Positions 1-10,179 are shown, numbered from the stretch's first letter. The stretch is 32,000 nucleotides of DNA from Candidatus Heimdallarchaeota archaeon B3_Heim (GCA_003144275.1 NJBF01000031.1:25496-57495), one strand, 5' to 3'. Made by a program: numbers and translations. Notes: generated by a model from the letters alone, not told the origin.

Positions 1-3000
1 GTGATCTTTTGCAATATTTGTGAGTCCATTTAAAGACACTCCACTGGGGATAAATTCCAGTTGTAGATTATTGATTGAATAATTTATCGGATCGTAATTT
101 CCTGCTGTTTTCAACCAATCAAGTAAATAAATTTCTGCATTAATTTCGTTTTTATTTTTCCCAATTGGTCGTAATAATTTATTCTGAAATACGTCTGAAC
201 CTATGTGACCTATTTTTGTAATTCCATCAGGGAGTGGTATTAGATGTTCTGGTGAGACAGTATCATGACCTGTCATTTCAGTAAAGACAGCTTTGCTTAG
301 ATTTAATGGACTCAAGTCTGTATCTTTGTTTGTGAAATTTACTAATAATTCCCTTACCTCTTGATTTTCCATGAGTGCAGCTGCTAATCCAGAAAAACCA
401 TTGTTATATGTTTCACTCCAAAATCGAACAGGGTCTATTGTTAATGGGCCAAATCTTGAAGTCGTAGCCTCAGAAAACTGGTAGCAAATAGCAGTCTTTT
501 TAATAGGTGCGATATAAGTAGCTTTAAGTAAAGATTTAGCTAATTCTTTGACAGTAATTTTACTTCCTATTAATTCCCACCATTGTTCTAAGTTCTTGCA
601 TTCTGCTTTATAATAGTCTGCAATTTCTTGTAGCTCTGAAAAAAGATGTTTGAAAAGAGAGCTTGATTTATCGAATAGGAATACATCAAAATTTTCTTTG
701 ATATCAATGGTAACTACCGAATCATCAACTTTCCTCTCCATATAATATTCTTTCAAGCGTAATAATATAGGACGTGTCTTATCAATCTGTTTAATGGTCT
801 TACGCTCTTCATTCCATAATTTTTCAAAGAAATTATCAATTGTTTCTGGACTTATCCTTAATTTATACGCTTGCTGGAATACAGCACCATTAGGTATCGA
901 AGTTTCTGAAAATAGAGCATTAAGTATTGATTTCTTGATAGAATAAGGCATATATCCCTCAATTTCACCCAATTTGATAATAGATGATTTTTCCCTGGAG
1001 AATTGCCACTTCTCAAAAAATTCAGATGATACAAATCTTTTCTCGGCAGAGTTGTTTTTGAATGGAAGTCCTTCTGGATTCCATACAGAATTTTTATTTC
1101 TGATCAACCACAGTTCTTCTTCAAGAGTCAATGGGTTCTTAATTCTAACTTCAATTAGAGGGTTTTTACCATCAATTTTCTGACTGAATTTTAACCACTC
1201 CGCTATCAAAGTGGTATTTTTGAGATTTGGGAATGCTGCAATTGTCTTATCGTGTAGAATTTCCGCTTCCTTGATGTCTTTTTTTAACCTGAGTCTTGGG
1301 TGATCATCCTTACGATGGATATAGAGTAATGGGGAATCGCATTGCCTTTGTATCTTATTATATATTCTCCACATATCAATAGAAGGTTTATTTTTTGAAT
1401 CTACAAATTTATTCCATGCTTTCACGAAGTTCCTTTGTGAATTATCATCATAATTGAAAATTTTACTATTCAAGTGAAGTCTCTCAAGAATGGTATCCAA
1501 ATTAACTTTCACACTATTTGAGTCTTCTTTCCTGAAGAATCTTTTATTTCTCCTCTCATTACTCCCTTGTTCATTAACGACCTTGTTTCCTTTAGCTCTT
1601 ACTTGTTTTTTTGCGACATCCGGCTTGTTTATTTGATGGTATCTATCTGTAGTTAAGGGAATTATCTTTGGAGCATAATTTTGCAGGAACTTGACAAGTG
1701 ATTTGTATCCTCCCTTCTCCAGATCATTTTTCCCCTTTCTGCTTAGATTGTTGTAATAATGCCAAAATGAACCTATCAATGAATATTCAATAGCTTTTTT
1801 AGAATAATTTGGTTTTAACGCTTTAATAGCCGGTCTGTTCTTAGCCTTTAATCTTATTTCTGAAGCAAAAACAGATTGGAATTCGTTCCATATTTGTCTC
1901 ATTGCTTTTTCATATGAATGTCGAGTAACCCCTGTGAAAACTGAAAATTTATTTCTTTTTCCAAACAGAATATTCATCAAATCGTTGAGTGAATTTCCAT
2001 GTAATTCTCTCTTTGTGGGTGAGAAGTAGTTCCATTTTGGTTCATTCTTAATAACCCATACCCGCTTCATATCTGAAGGAAGCTCAGCTACTTGATTTTT
2101 TGTTAAATCCAATAAGAAGAGCCTACGTTGATTTTTTGCGTTAGTTTTTTTTTCAAATCCAGTAAACCAGTCACGATGCCACTCTAATCTGAAACCTGGC
2201 TTGTTCTGGTTTTTTATTAGCTGGTTGAACACCTTTTCATCTAATAATTGTAATGATCTTTGATTATCTTTCTTGTAGACAAATGATAAATTAGGATAGG
2301 TTCCAGTAGCACTAAATTCAGCTAATTTGTTATATATTTGCGAATCTATGGGTATTTTTGACTGTAATTGCGTATTTACTTCACTAATTAACTGGTTAAC
2401 GTGTTTCTGCTTATTAAATGCCTTTTCTTTCTCCTGTACATCTGTAGAACTTCTCTTTTGATTTTTTTCCAGTGATGTTTCTTGTTTACTGCAATTTTCC
2501 CCCTCGTCTTCAATATTTTGTTTTTTGACCTGTATATCTTTTTGACCTGTTCTTAAAGATTTTTTTTCAGAAAGAGGTAATAATCTTTTTTCATTACCTT
2601 CTTGAGAGGTTAAGGGCGCATATTTATCATTATTATGTGAGTTTCCAATTTGTAGACTCTCATCTATTTTCTCTCCTTCCTGTACTCTCTCCTCAATTTG
2701 ATCAAGATATTTATCCTCACTATGTAGAATTTCTTTCTCTTTTCTGAATTTTTCAGAATGATCATTAATCTGTTCCTCTAAATGTTCCTCTTCCTGCTTC
2801 CACTTCATTTCCTCCTCGGTATGCTCCCTTGACAGCCCCTCCTGCAAACTAACTAGCTTACTTTCTGTTACCTCATCGTGAAGTACTTGTTGATCGTTAA
2901 ATCCCTCCTTAGCCATCGTTACTAAGCTAGCTTCTCTCTCTTTGATTTCTTCCTTTTGATTCCCTCGCTGTGCGTACTCCTCAATACTCTGCTCCTCCTT

Positions 3001-3195
3001 GTCATCAATAGGTCTCTCAGTTATCTCTTCTCGAGGGGATAATAATAGATTGTCTTTTGTCTCTTCGTCAATTACGATTTGATCCTCATATGGTCCTTCA
3101 GCAAGTAATTTTTCCTCTATTTCGTCAATTTTTTCTCTCTGCTCTTCTGACTGCTTTTCTCTTTGCTTCCATTGCATATTCTCTTCTGATGACAC
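1..3195 (-). CDS. Large (>1065 aa, 3'-partial) protein: acidic low-complexity N-terminus, basic/aromatic body, putative HNH nuclease motif near the window edge
   Basis: My manual translation gives an uninterrupted minus-strand frame from GTG 3195 (alternative ATG 3177; in-frame TAA upstream) to position 1. Frame checked at in-frame ATGs 2808, 1902, 1374 and 951. Absent from the ORF track because its stop lies outside the window. Contains EHLIP...QNKLLRPIGKN. Confidence 0.9.
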   Translation of the reverse strand, partial: MSSEENMQWKQREKQSEEQREKIDEIEEKLLAEGPYEDQIVIDEETKDNLLLSPREEITERPIDDKEEQSIEEYAQRGNQKEEIKEREASLVTMAKEGFNDQQVLHDEVTESKLVSLQEGLSREHTEEEMKWKQEEEHLEEQINDHSEKFRKEKEILHSEDKYLDQIEERVQEGEKIDESLQIGNSHNNDKYAPLTSQEGNEKRLLPLSEKKSLRTGQKDIQVKKQNIEDEGENCSKQETSLEKNQKRSSTDVQEKEKAFNKQKHVNQLISEVNTQLQSKIPIDSQIYNKLAEFSATGTYPNLSFVYKKDNQRSLQLLDEKVFNQLIKNQNKPGFRLEWHRDWFTGFEKKTNAKNQRRLFLLDLTKNQVAELPSDMKRVWVIKNEPKWNYFSPTKRELHGNSLNDLMNILFGKRNKFSVFTGVTRHSYEKAMRQIWNEFQSVFASEIRLKAKNRPAIKALKPNYSKKAIEYSLIGSFWHYYNNLSRKGKNDLEKGGYKSLVKFLQNYAPKIIPLTTDRYHQINKPDVAKKQVRAKGNKVVNEQGSNERRNKRFFRKEDSNSVKVNLDTILERLHLNSKIFNYDDNSQRNFVKAWNKFVDSKNKPSIDMWRIYNKIQRQCDSPLLYIHRKDDHPRLRLKKDIKEAEILHDKTIAAFPNLKNTTLIAEWLKFSQKIDGKNPLIEVRIKNPLTLEEELWLIRNKNSVWNPEGLPFKNNSAEKRFVSSEFFEKWQFSREKSSIIKLGEIEGYMPYSIKKSILNALFSETSIPNGAVFQQAYKLRISPETIDNFFEKLWNEERKTIKQIDKTRPILLRLKEYYMERKVDDSVVTIDIKENFDVFLFDKSSSLFKHLFSELQEIADYYKAECKNLEQWWELIGSKITVKELAKSLLKATYIAPIKKTAICYQFSEATTSRFGPLTIDPVRFWSETYNNGFSGLAAALMENQEVRELLVNFTNKDTDLSPLNLSKAVFTEMTGHDTVSPEHLIPLPDGITKIGHIGSDVFQNKLLRPIGKNKNEINAEIYLLDWLKTAGNYDPINYSINNLQLEFIPSGVSLNGLTNIAKDH

Positions 3196-3421
3196 CTTTT
3201 GATCCCTTATAGAGAAATTTTTTTTGATATGAATAAGCTCACTAATATAGATTGATTATTTCCTTTAAATAATTGCAAAATTGTGAAAAAACAAACTATC
3301 AGAAAGCTTTGATTCAGTTATGGGATTTTTCAGGTAGGAGATTAGTAAGATAAAATTTGCTTGAAGGACTTATATTTCATTTAGAACTTAGCTATACACT
3401 CATAAGTTCGTGGTGTTGATA

Positions 3422-4135
3422 CTATTTTAATCGATTTTTCCGACGGAGGATTATAAGGGTTATAGAAATCAGGAGGAATATTCCTCCTGAAAACCATCTA
3501 AAATTCGTTGTGGTAACAGGTGCAGGGGAATATGATAATCGAATGAGATCGTATTGATAGTATAGATACGTGTTTTTGTAATGGGTAAAGTTTTCTTGCT
3601 CAATCCAACCAGAAATATAATTGAATTTTCGAAATTCTCTATTGTACATAAGTTCAGCAGGCGTATAAATGTAAATACGACTGGCATTTTCTCCCAAGAT
3701 TTTGTATCCCATTTTTGTCCAATAAGTCGTATCATTTGTTGTTGGTATAACAAAGGTGAGAGGAGGGATTGATAACCAGACATTAAAATAAGATTCATTA
3801 TTAATCAGAATAGTCCCAGAAGGAGGGTTGTCTATCTCTACGGAAGTAATTGTGATTGTGATTGTTGACCCATTACTGAAAGAAACAGGGATTTGTGTAC
3901 CATTAGTCAATGTGATATTGCTCTGGAGTTGGTTGACCTTTGAAACCTCTCTATTATTAAATTTAGTTAGTCGATATGTGCTACTGGAACCTGGTTGAAC
4001 TTGCCAAGAAGGAGAAGTAGTAGCAGTAACCAATCTTGTCCCAGGTTGAGAGTAGATTATTGATACAGATAAAAACAATATGATATAGAACATTATTTTG
4101 GACAAAGAGTTCCTCTCGTGATACTTATGAATCAC
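3422..4135 (-). CDS. Secreted/surface protein with C-terminal membrane anchor (CTERM-like)
   Basis: Hydrophobic N-terminal signal MFYIILFLSVSIIYS (likely start ATG 4093). Thr-rich linker PAPVTTT, then a TM helix and basic tail RRKNRLK. Confidence 0.75.
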   Translation of the reverse strand: MIHKYHERNSLSKIMFYIILFLSVSIIYSQPGTRLVTATTSPSWQVQPGSSSTYRLTKFNNREVSKVNQLQSNITLTNGTQIPVSFSNGSTITITITSVEIDNPPSGTILINNESYFNVWLSIPPLTFVIPTTNDTTYWTKMGYKILGENASRIYIYTPAELMYNREFRKFNYISGWIEQENFTHYKNTYLYYQYDLIRLSYSPAPVTTTNFRWFSGGIFLLISITLIILRRKNRLK

Positions 4136-4232
4136 GTTTTTTATAATATTTACTGATATTTTTCGTTAAGTGGAGTCAAATTTCAAAGAGAAAAAAGGGA
4201 GAAGAGGGTAAATGGATTGAATGTCTATTTAA

Positions 4233-7200
4233 TCATGATTCAATGGTGATAGAAACGTTCCGTGTTTTTCCTTGAGGATCTTGGATCGACCATTCCTTTT
4301 CAAATCCTTTTTTACCTGCTGAAAAATCCAGATTGGTTGCTAAGACTTCTTCTTGTATTAAAGAAGAGTATTCTTTAACAATTTTCTTTGTAGTCGCATC
4401 TAATTTAGTGAGATGCACTGATATGTTTGCATCATATACTAACTCTAAATCTTTACGCATAGATTGTATCCTGCGGATTAGATCTCGAACAAACCCCTCA
4501 TGGATTAGGTCTTCAGTCTGGGAAAGATTGAGAAAAAGATCTCCTTCTTTGAAGCTAGCTCCACCAAAGCCTTCTTTCTCTGTGATTCTGACTTCAAGGT
4601 CATCTTTACTTATGGTGAGTTCTGCTCCATCTATAGTTATTTGATACTCACCGTCATTACTTAAAATCTGAGCAATTTCTTTTGCTATTGAACCTTTTTG
4701 GGCTTTCATCCATGCAGCAACCTCATTTGCATTTTTCTTGAATTTTGGCCCAAGCTGTTTGAAATTTGGTGCAAATTCAATGTCTTGGAATTCCAAGGGA
4801 TCATCAGAAAATTCTAATGATTTTACATTAAGCTCCTGCATAATTAAGTCTTTACATGAAGTAATTGCCTTCTTTCCAGTCTCATTACTAACTAATATTA
4901 CCTCTTGAAGAGGCCAACGTGCTTTTAGATCTTTTTTTGCTCTGATAAATCTTCCGTTAGTGATGACTTCACGTGATATTGCTACACTTTCTTCGATTTT
5001 TAGTTTTATTTTCTTTAAATCTGAAACGGGATAGCTCTCTAAATGAACACTGTCTAAGCCATTTCCTTGACTTCGCACTAAAATCCTATACATCTCTTCA
5101 GATAGGAATGGTATAAGAGGGGCCAAAACCTTAGACAAGGACTCCAATATTTCATACAGTGTTGAATATGCTGATTTTTTTGATATGGTTAAGGATTTCT
5201 CCCAAAATCGACGTCGTGACTGACGTATCCACAGATTCGATAAGTCACTCGTTAAGAACGTCTTCAATGCTTTCGTGGCCTGGTGGATTGATAGATTATC
5301 AAATGCTGCATGAACCTCTGTTAGAGTATTGTGATATCTCGACAAGATCCAGCGATCTAAGAGTGGTCTTTTAGAATATACAACCTTATATTTCTTAAGG
5401 TTGGGAGAATATTCATCAAGATTTGCGTAAGTGATGAAAAATGATAATACATTCCACAAGGGGAGAATAAATTCCTTTATTTCATCCTCTAATAAACCAA
5501 AACCAAATCGTACATCATTCCAAGTCGGTCCGCTAAAGAAGAGCCATCGTACTGGATCCGCTCCATACTTCTCGAATGCTTCCTCAGAATAAATAGCACT
5601 CCCTCTTGACTTGGACATCTTCTTTCCTTCCGCGGTAAGCACATGTCCCATCGTCAAACATGATTTATAGACTAACTGATCAAAAACTACAGTCGAAATT
5701 GCTAGAAGGGAGTAAAACCATCCACGTGTTTGATCAATAGCCTCGGTTATAAAATCTATAGGAAAATGCTTATCAAACTCGTCTTTATTTTCAAAAGGAT
5801 AATGCCATTGGGCAAAGAATGCTGACCCTGAATCATACCAAGCATCGATTACATACGGTTCACGTATTGCTTTGGCCTGACACGTGGGACAGTGAACTTC
5901 TATACTGTCAACATCAGGTTTATGAAGTGAAAAGCCTGTCGGTAAACCTCCCTTTGTAAGCTTGTTTAATTCCTCTCTACTTCCAACTACGAATTCATGC
6001 CCTTTTTCACATGTCCATATTGGTAATGGTGTGCCCCAATATCGAGAGCGAGAGAGAGACCAATCCTTAAGTTCATCAAGAAAGTTTCCAAATCGACCAT
6101 CTTTCAAGTGTTTAGGAACCCAACGAATTTGTTGGTTCAATTCTCGTATTCGCTCACGTACTTGGCTCATACCAATAAACCAAGATTCCATGGCATAATA
6201 GAGTAGGGGTGAATCACATCTCCAGCAAAATGGATAAGTATGAGTAATCGTCTCTACTCTCAGAAGTTTATTTTCTGTTTTCAATTGTTCCATGATATGC
6301 GGATCTGCAGTTTTAACATGCATTCCTCCAAAATTTGGCATATCGTCGAAAAAATTTCCATTTTCTAAAACAGGATTAAACATATCTACTCCAATTTCTT
6401 GACAGAGTTCGTAATCTTCAACACCAAATGCAGGAGCACAGTGAACTATCCCAGTACCATCCTCCATAGAGACAAAATCTGCCGCTACTACAAAATGAGC
6501 TTTACCTGTTTTATTTTCTGCGGTGTAGGAAAAGAGAGCTTCATATTCCATACCAAGGAGATCTTTACCAACATATTCTTTGATGACAGTCTTTTCTGTT
6601 GAAAAGATTCGTGGGAGTAGATCTTTTGCAAATATCAGACTTTCACCCTCATGTTCTATCTCTATATAAGACTCTTTTTCGTTAACAGCAAGAACAAGAT
6701 TAGACAGAAGGGTCCACGGAGTGGTTGTCCATGCTAGGAAATGTTGTTTAGGATTTCCTTTAACTTGAAATTTTATGTATATACTGGGATCTGTCGTCTC
6801 TGCGTATCCTTGAGCAACCTCGTGAGATGATATCGAAGTTCCGCAACGGGTACAATATGGAACTACTTTATGGCCTTTAAACAGGAGTTTCTTGTTATAT
6901 ATCTGCTGCAGTGACCACCAAACGGATTCAATGTAGTCTTCAGACATTGTAACATATGAACGTGGTAAATCTAGGTGAAATCCTATCCTTTCAGACATGG
7001 TTTCCCATTCATTTACATAACGCATCACAGAAATTGGACATTTTTTAATGAAACGATCAACCCCATAGGCTTCAATATCTTCTTTGTTTTTCAGTCCAAG
7101 ATCTTTTTCTACTTCAATTTCCACTGGCAATCCATGGCAATCCCATCCACCGATCCGTGGAGTGATATAATGGCCTGTCATTGTTTTGTAGCGGAGGATT

Positions 7201-7448
7201 ACATCTTTTATTGCGCGTGTTTCTGCGTGACCAATATGTGGATGACCATTTGCCGTTGGAGGGCCTTCAAGAAAAACGAAAAAAGGTTTATTGCTTGACT
7301 CTTCTTGTACTCGTTTTTCTAGGTTTATTTGCTTCCAGTACTCCAACACGGCATTTTCACGAGTTGGAAGATCAGGTTTAGCTGGTAATGTCGGAAATTT
7401 CACCTTTATAACCTTTGCTTGTTCTGTTGGGGTTGAAATATTGTACAA
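4233..7448 (-). CDS. ileS: Isoleucyl-tRNA synthetase (archaeal/eukaryotic type)
   Basis: EGPPTANG-HIGH, GWDCHGLPVE, WTTTPWTL, GTGIVH, DWSLSRSRYWGTP, DQTRGWF and KMSKS motifs. Long C-terminal extension; TTG start. Confidence 0.98.
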   Translation of the reverse strand: MYNISTPTEQAKVIKVKFPTLPAKPDLPTRENAVLEYWKQINLEKRVQEESSNKPFFVFLEGPPTANGHPHIGHAETRAIKDVILRYKTMTGHYITPRIGGWDCHGLPVEIEVEKDLGLKNKEDIEAYGVDRFIKKCPISVMRYVNEWETMSERIGFHLDLPRSYVTMSEDYIESVWWSLQQIYNKKLLFKGHKVVPYCTRCGTSISSHEVAQGYAETTDPSIYIKFQVKGNPKQHFLAWTTTPWTLLSNLVLAVNEKESYIEIEHEGESLIFAKDLLPRIFSTEKTVIKEYVGKDLLGMEYEALFSYTAENKTGKAHFVVAADFVSMEDGTGIVHCAPAFGVEDYELCQEIGVDMFNPVLENGNFFDDMPNFGGMHVKTADPHIMEQLKTENKLLRVETITHTYPFCWRCDSPLLYYAMESWFIGMSQVRERIRELNQQIRWVPKHLKDGRFGNFLDELKDWSLSRSRYWGTPLPIWTCEKGHEFVVGSREELNKLTKGGLPTGFSLHKPDVDSIEVHCPTCQAKAIREPYVIDAWYDSGSAFFAQWHYPFENKDEFDKHFPIDFITEAIDQTRGWFYSLLAISTVVFDQLVYKSCLTMGHVLTAEGKKMSKSRGSAIYSEEAFEKYGADPVRWLFFSGPTWNDVRFGFGLLEDEIKEFILPLWNVLSFFITYANLDEYSPNLKKYKVVYSKRPLLDRWILSRYHNTLTEVHAAFDNLSIHQATKALKTFLTSDLSNLWIRQSRRRFWEKSLTISKKSAYSTLYEILESLSKVLAPLIPFLSEEMYRILVRSQGNGLDSVHLESYPVSDLKKIKLKIEESVAISREVITNGRFIRAKKDLKARWPLQEVILVSNETGKKAITSCKDLIMQELNVKSLEFSDDPLEFQDIEFAPNFKQLGPKFKKNANEVAAWMKAQKGSIAKEIAQILSNDGEYQITIDGAELTISKDDLEVRITEKEGFGGASFKEGDLFLNLSQTEDLIHEGFVRDLIRRIQSMRKDLELVYDANISVHLTKLDATTKKIVKEYSSLIQEEVLATNLDFSAGKKGFEKEWSIQDPQGKTRNVSITIES

Positions 7449-7723
7449 TCGCCAAAAAAAATAATGAGTAAAAAACTTTTATCGCCAGTTTTCCAAAAAA
7501 TAGATCTAATTGTTTCTCTCCCACGAATGGTAATAATGGTTTAACATTCAATCCAATTACATCGAATAGATATAGGTTAAAAAGAAAATGTCCCCTTTTT
7601 CATCCTCCATCCATTCTATAGAGAAACCGAATCCGTTGGTTCTTTGGGTGGGAGACTGTTCAGATTATTACACTGTTCGAAGAAATAACAGGTCTCAATG
7701 ATTCAGTTACTGAAAAACTTTGA

Positions 7724-8725
7724 CTATAAATCCTGCCATCCCAGAACTTGTTTGAAATCAAGTTGGATCAAGTTACTAATGGTATATTGCTTTTCTTGTG
7801 TTCCTGGGGAAGTCCATAATCCTATCCTTCCGTCAGGTGATAAACGATTGTCGGAAATAAAGGATGAAAAGATATCAATGAGTTGAATTTTGATTACTCC
7901 TGTACTGTAAACAAAGGTCACATTACGTTGACTAGATTCTTCAATTTCATATCTAAAAGAATTTTCATTACCAATCAAAAAGGATAATACATATCGACCA
8001 TACGTTTTTGGTAGATAACTTTCAGGAAAAGCTTTTTGCAGCAATATCAAGAATAAATCAAAATTTTTTTCAAAACAAGCCAGGATTAATAATCCTGAGG
8101 CACGTAGCTCTTCAGATGTAATTTTTTCAAAAAAATTTCGTCCTTCTTGAGGATTATGAAAATTAAGGTAAAGTTCACCAAGAAGATAGTTTCTGCGATC
8201 AGAATCATCTACGTACAGATTCTCATTAATCATATGATCAATATTTATCTGAGGATCCGTATCAAGCGTAAAACCAAAACGTTTATTTCGCATTTCCTGG
8301 ATTAGTCTCTCTACTCTCGTATTTTTTTTTGATTCAGGAGATTTTTTATTGGAAAGTTGTTTGAATAAGATTCTAGCTAGTTCTATGAATTCCTTTTCTT
8401 TTAAAGCCTTCGGAGCTATTTTCTCTTTTGCTGTTAAATCATAAATCTTCTTACGACCTATCTTTTCTACTTCAAAGAGGTCTGCCTCTGTTAATGAAGT
8501 TTTTGCTATCAAAAATGAAGAAATTCGGTTTATTTGCACAAAATATTGAGATACTGATATTTTTTCAGCTTTAAATAATGTACTCTGCTTTTGAAACCAA
8601 GATATCCATTTTTCAAGTTCAGCGTCATTCTCAGAGGAGAAAGCTCTATTTGACAGTAATTTTTCCACGAGATTTGTCGCTTTATCTAAAGAGTCCCTTT
8701 CTTTCACGATTTCCATATGAACCAC
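7724..8725 (-). CDS. Hypothetical protein, mostly helical, possible TPR-like helix pair
   Basis: 333-aa ORF. The segment NYLLGELYLNFHNPQEGRNFFEKI resembles a TPR repeat. Confidence 0.7.
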   Translation of the reverse strand: MVHMEIVKERDSLDKATNLVEKLLSNRAFSSENDAELEKWISWFQKQSTLFKAEKISVSQYFVQINRISSFLIAKTSLTEADLFEVEKIGRKKIYDLTAKEKIAPKALKEKEFIELARILFKQLSNKKSPESKKNTRVERLIQEMRNKRFGFTLDTDPQINIDHMINENLYVDDSDRRNYLLGELYLNFHNPQEGRNFFEKITSEELRASGLLILACFEKNFDLFLILLQKAFPESYLPKTYGRYVLSFLIGNENSFRYEIEESSQRNVTFVYSTGVIKIQLIDIFSSFISDNRLSPDGRIGLWTSPGTQEKQYTISNLIQLDFKQVLGWQDL

Positions 8726-8885
8726 ACTGACCTAGAATTAATTCGTAGCATTAAAGGTATCTTGTTGCTCTGATTGGAAGAATGTTTCGCTTTTATTAAT
8801 TTCTTTCATGATTGAAATTTGAAAACTTAAGAGATGAAGATCGGAGAAAAAGAGAATACAAAGCCTTATCAACCTCGAGGACGAT

Positions 8886-9335
8886 TTGTGTAATATTAAA
8901 TCCCTTTCACCATCTCATATCCTTACAAATCAAGTCGAGTTGTTATTAGTGTCGGAATCTGCTCAAAAAACTATTGATGTTGTAGCAAATGTCTTCAAAA
9001 GCGAATATGCAGAGATACCATTATGTATATCTGTAGTTCAAGCTTCTGAAGGATTTGAACTTTATTCCACGAAAACTTGTGATCCTTCTGAAATGGAAGC
9101 AATAACAGTATTAGGGTTAATTGCGTTTGAAGAGTTAAAAACTTCTATTACGTCTAGAACAAATGAAAAAATCAACATATTAATTTTTAGAACAGCAGAG
9201 CGCGAATGTTATGTTGCCCCAGTTTCAGATGATATCTTTTTAGTGGCAGCCGCCGCTCCAGGAACAGTAGGAAATGTAATGCCTTTATTAGACGGTTTAA
9301 GTGCCCAAGTGCAATATGAATTATCAAAATTATAA
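8886..9335 (+). CDS. Roadblock/LC7 (MglB-like) domain protein
   Basis: Size and pattern: helix, beta-hairpin, helix, ILIFRTAERECYVAPVSDDIFLVAAA strands, then GNVMPLL helix. The real start may be GTG 8949. Confidence 0.7.
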   Translation: MCNIKSLSPSHILTNQVELLLVSESAQKTIDVVANVFKSEYAEIPLCISVVQASEGFELYSTKTCDPSEMEAITVLGLIAFEELKTSITSRTNEKINILIFRTAERECYVAPVSDDIFLVAAAAPGTVGNVMPLLDGLSAQVQYELSKL

Positions 9336-9341
9336 ATAAAA

Positions 9342-10175
9342 GTGATTCCAATGAACTACAAATGTTTTCAATCTGTAGCAGAAGAAGCTGCGAAAATGGC
9401 CGGATCTTTTCTTCGCTTAATGTCTTTTAAAGATCTCCAAATGTTTAGGAAGGGTGTAGGAGATGTTACTACGAATTTCGATCTTGAGAGTGAACGTCTT
9501 ATTAAAAATCATATTTTGATGCATTTTCCAGATCATACGTTACAGGCAGAAGAATCTGCCTCCGATGAAAAATTACAATCAGATACAGTAACTTGGTTTA
9601 TTGATCCTTTAGATGGAACAAAAGCTTTTCTGAGGGGAAATTTGGCATTTGTTTGTATGTCAATTGCTGCTTGGGATGAGACTGGATTATTAGCAGGAGT
9701 TGTCTATAATCCATTTACTGATATGTTATATTCGACTGCAAAAGAAAACTCAGTATTTCTAAATGGATCTATCCTCCCACCTCCAAGAGTACATCATTTA
9801 TCAGAGGCCCGTTTACTTGTTGATTTTTCAAATCAAATTTCTGATGATATAAAAAGACAGTTAGCTCTAGCAGATTTGGATGGAATTATTGGACGATCAT
9901 ATCGATTAGGTGGGGGTATCTCTCAACATCTAATGCTAATTGCTCAAGGTACTCTTCATGGTGGTATATTTTGGGGAGTAGGAAGAAAAGGGAAATTTTG
10001 GGATATTGCTGCAGCAACGTTGATACTTGAACAATTAGGAATCAAAATAACAACGCTTGAGGGAAAATCCATCCATCCAACAGATACGATTTTTGATCAG
10101 CTTGTTATCGCTGCTCCTGCTCTGCACAAAGAATTGCTCGAATGGGCTGATAATTTAAAAGCTGAATATCTTTAG
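9342..10175 (+). CDS. suhB: Inositol monophosphatase family protein
   Basis: DLESE, AEES, WFIDPLDGT and WDIAAA motifs of the FIG/IMPase family. Confidence 0.9.
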   Translation: MIPMNYKCFQSVAEEAAKMAGSFLRLMSFKDLQMFRKGVGDVTTNFDLESERLIKNHILMHFPDHTLQAEESASDEKLQSDTVTWFIDPLDGTKAFLRGNLAFVCMSIAAWDETGLLAGVVYNPFTDMLYSTAKENSVFLNGSILPPPRVHHLSEARLLVDFSNQISDDIKRQLALADLDGIIGRSYRLGGGISQHLMLIAQGTLHGGIFWGVGRKGKFWDIAAATLILEQLGIKITTLEGKSIHPTDTIFDQLVIAAPALHKELLEWADNLKAEYL

Positions 10176-10179
10176 CAGG

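Noticed and set aside
974-1183. 69-aa plus-strand ORF
   Set aside because: Antisense shadow of the long minus-strand ORF.
1-3195. Calling the large HNH-motif ORF Cas9 or IscB
   Set aside because: No recognisable N-terminal RuvC-I motif or Arg-rich bridge helix, and no CRISPR array or cas genes in the window. Only the HNH-like motif matches.
3469-3798. ORFs 3469..3798 (-) and 3581..3772 (+)
   Set aside because: Alternative-frame and antisense overlaps of the surface-protein gene, with no recognisable features.
4333-7381. Six short plus-strand ORFs within ileS
   Set aside because: Antisense shadows of a highly conserved gene.
7450-7720. T-box, tRNA or extra gene upstream of ileS
   Set aside because: No cloverleaf, T-loop or T-box motif seen; only very short ORFs.
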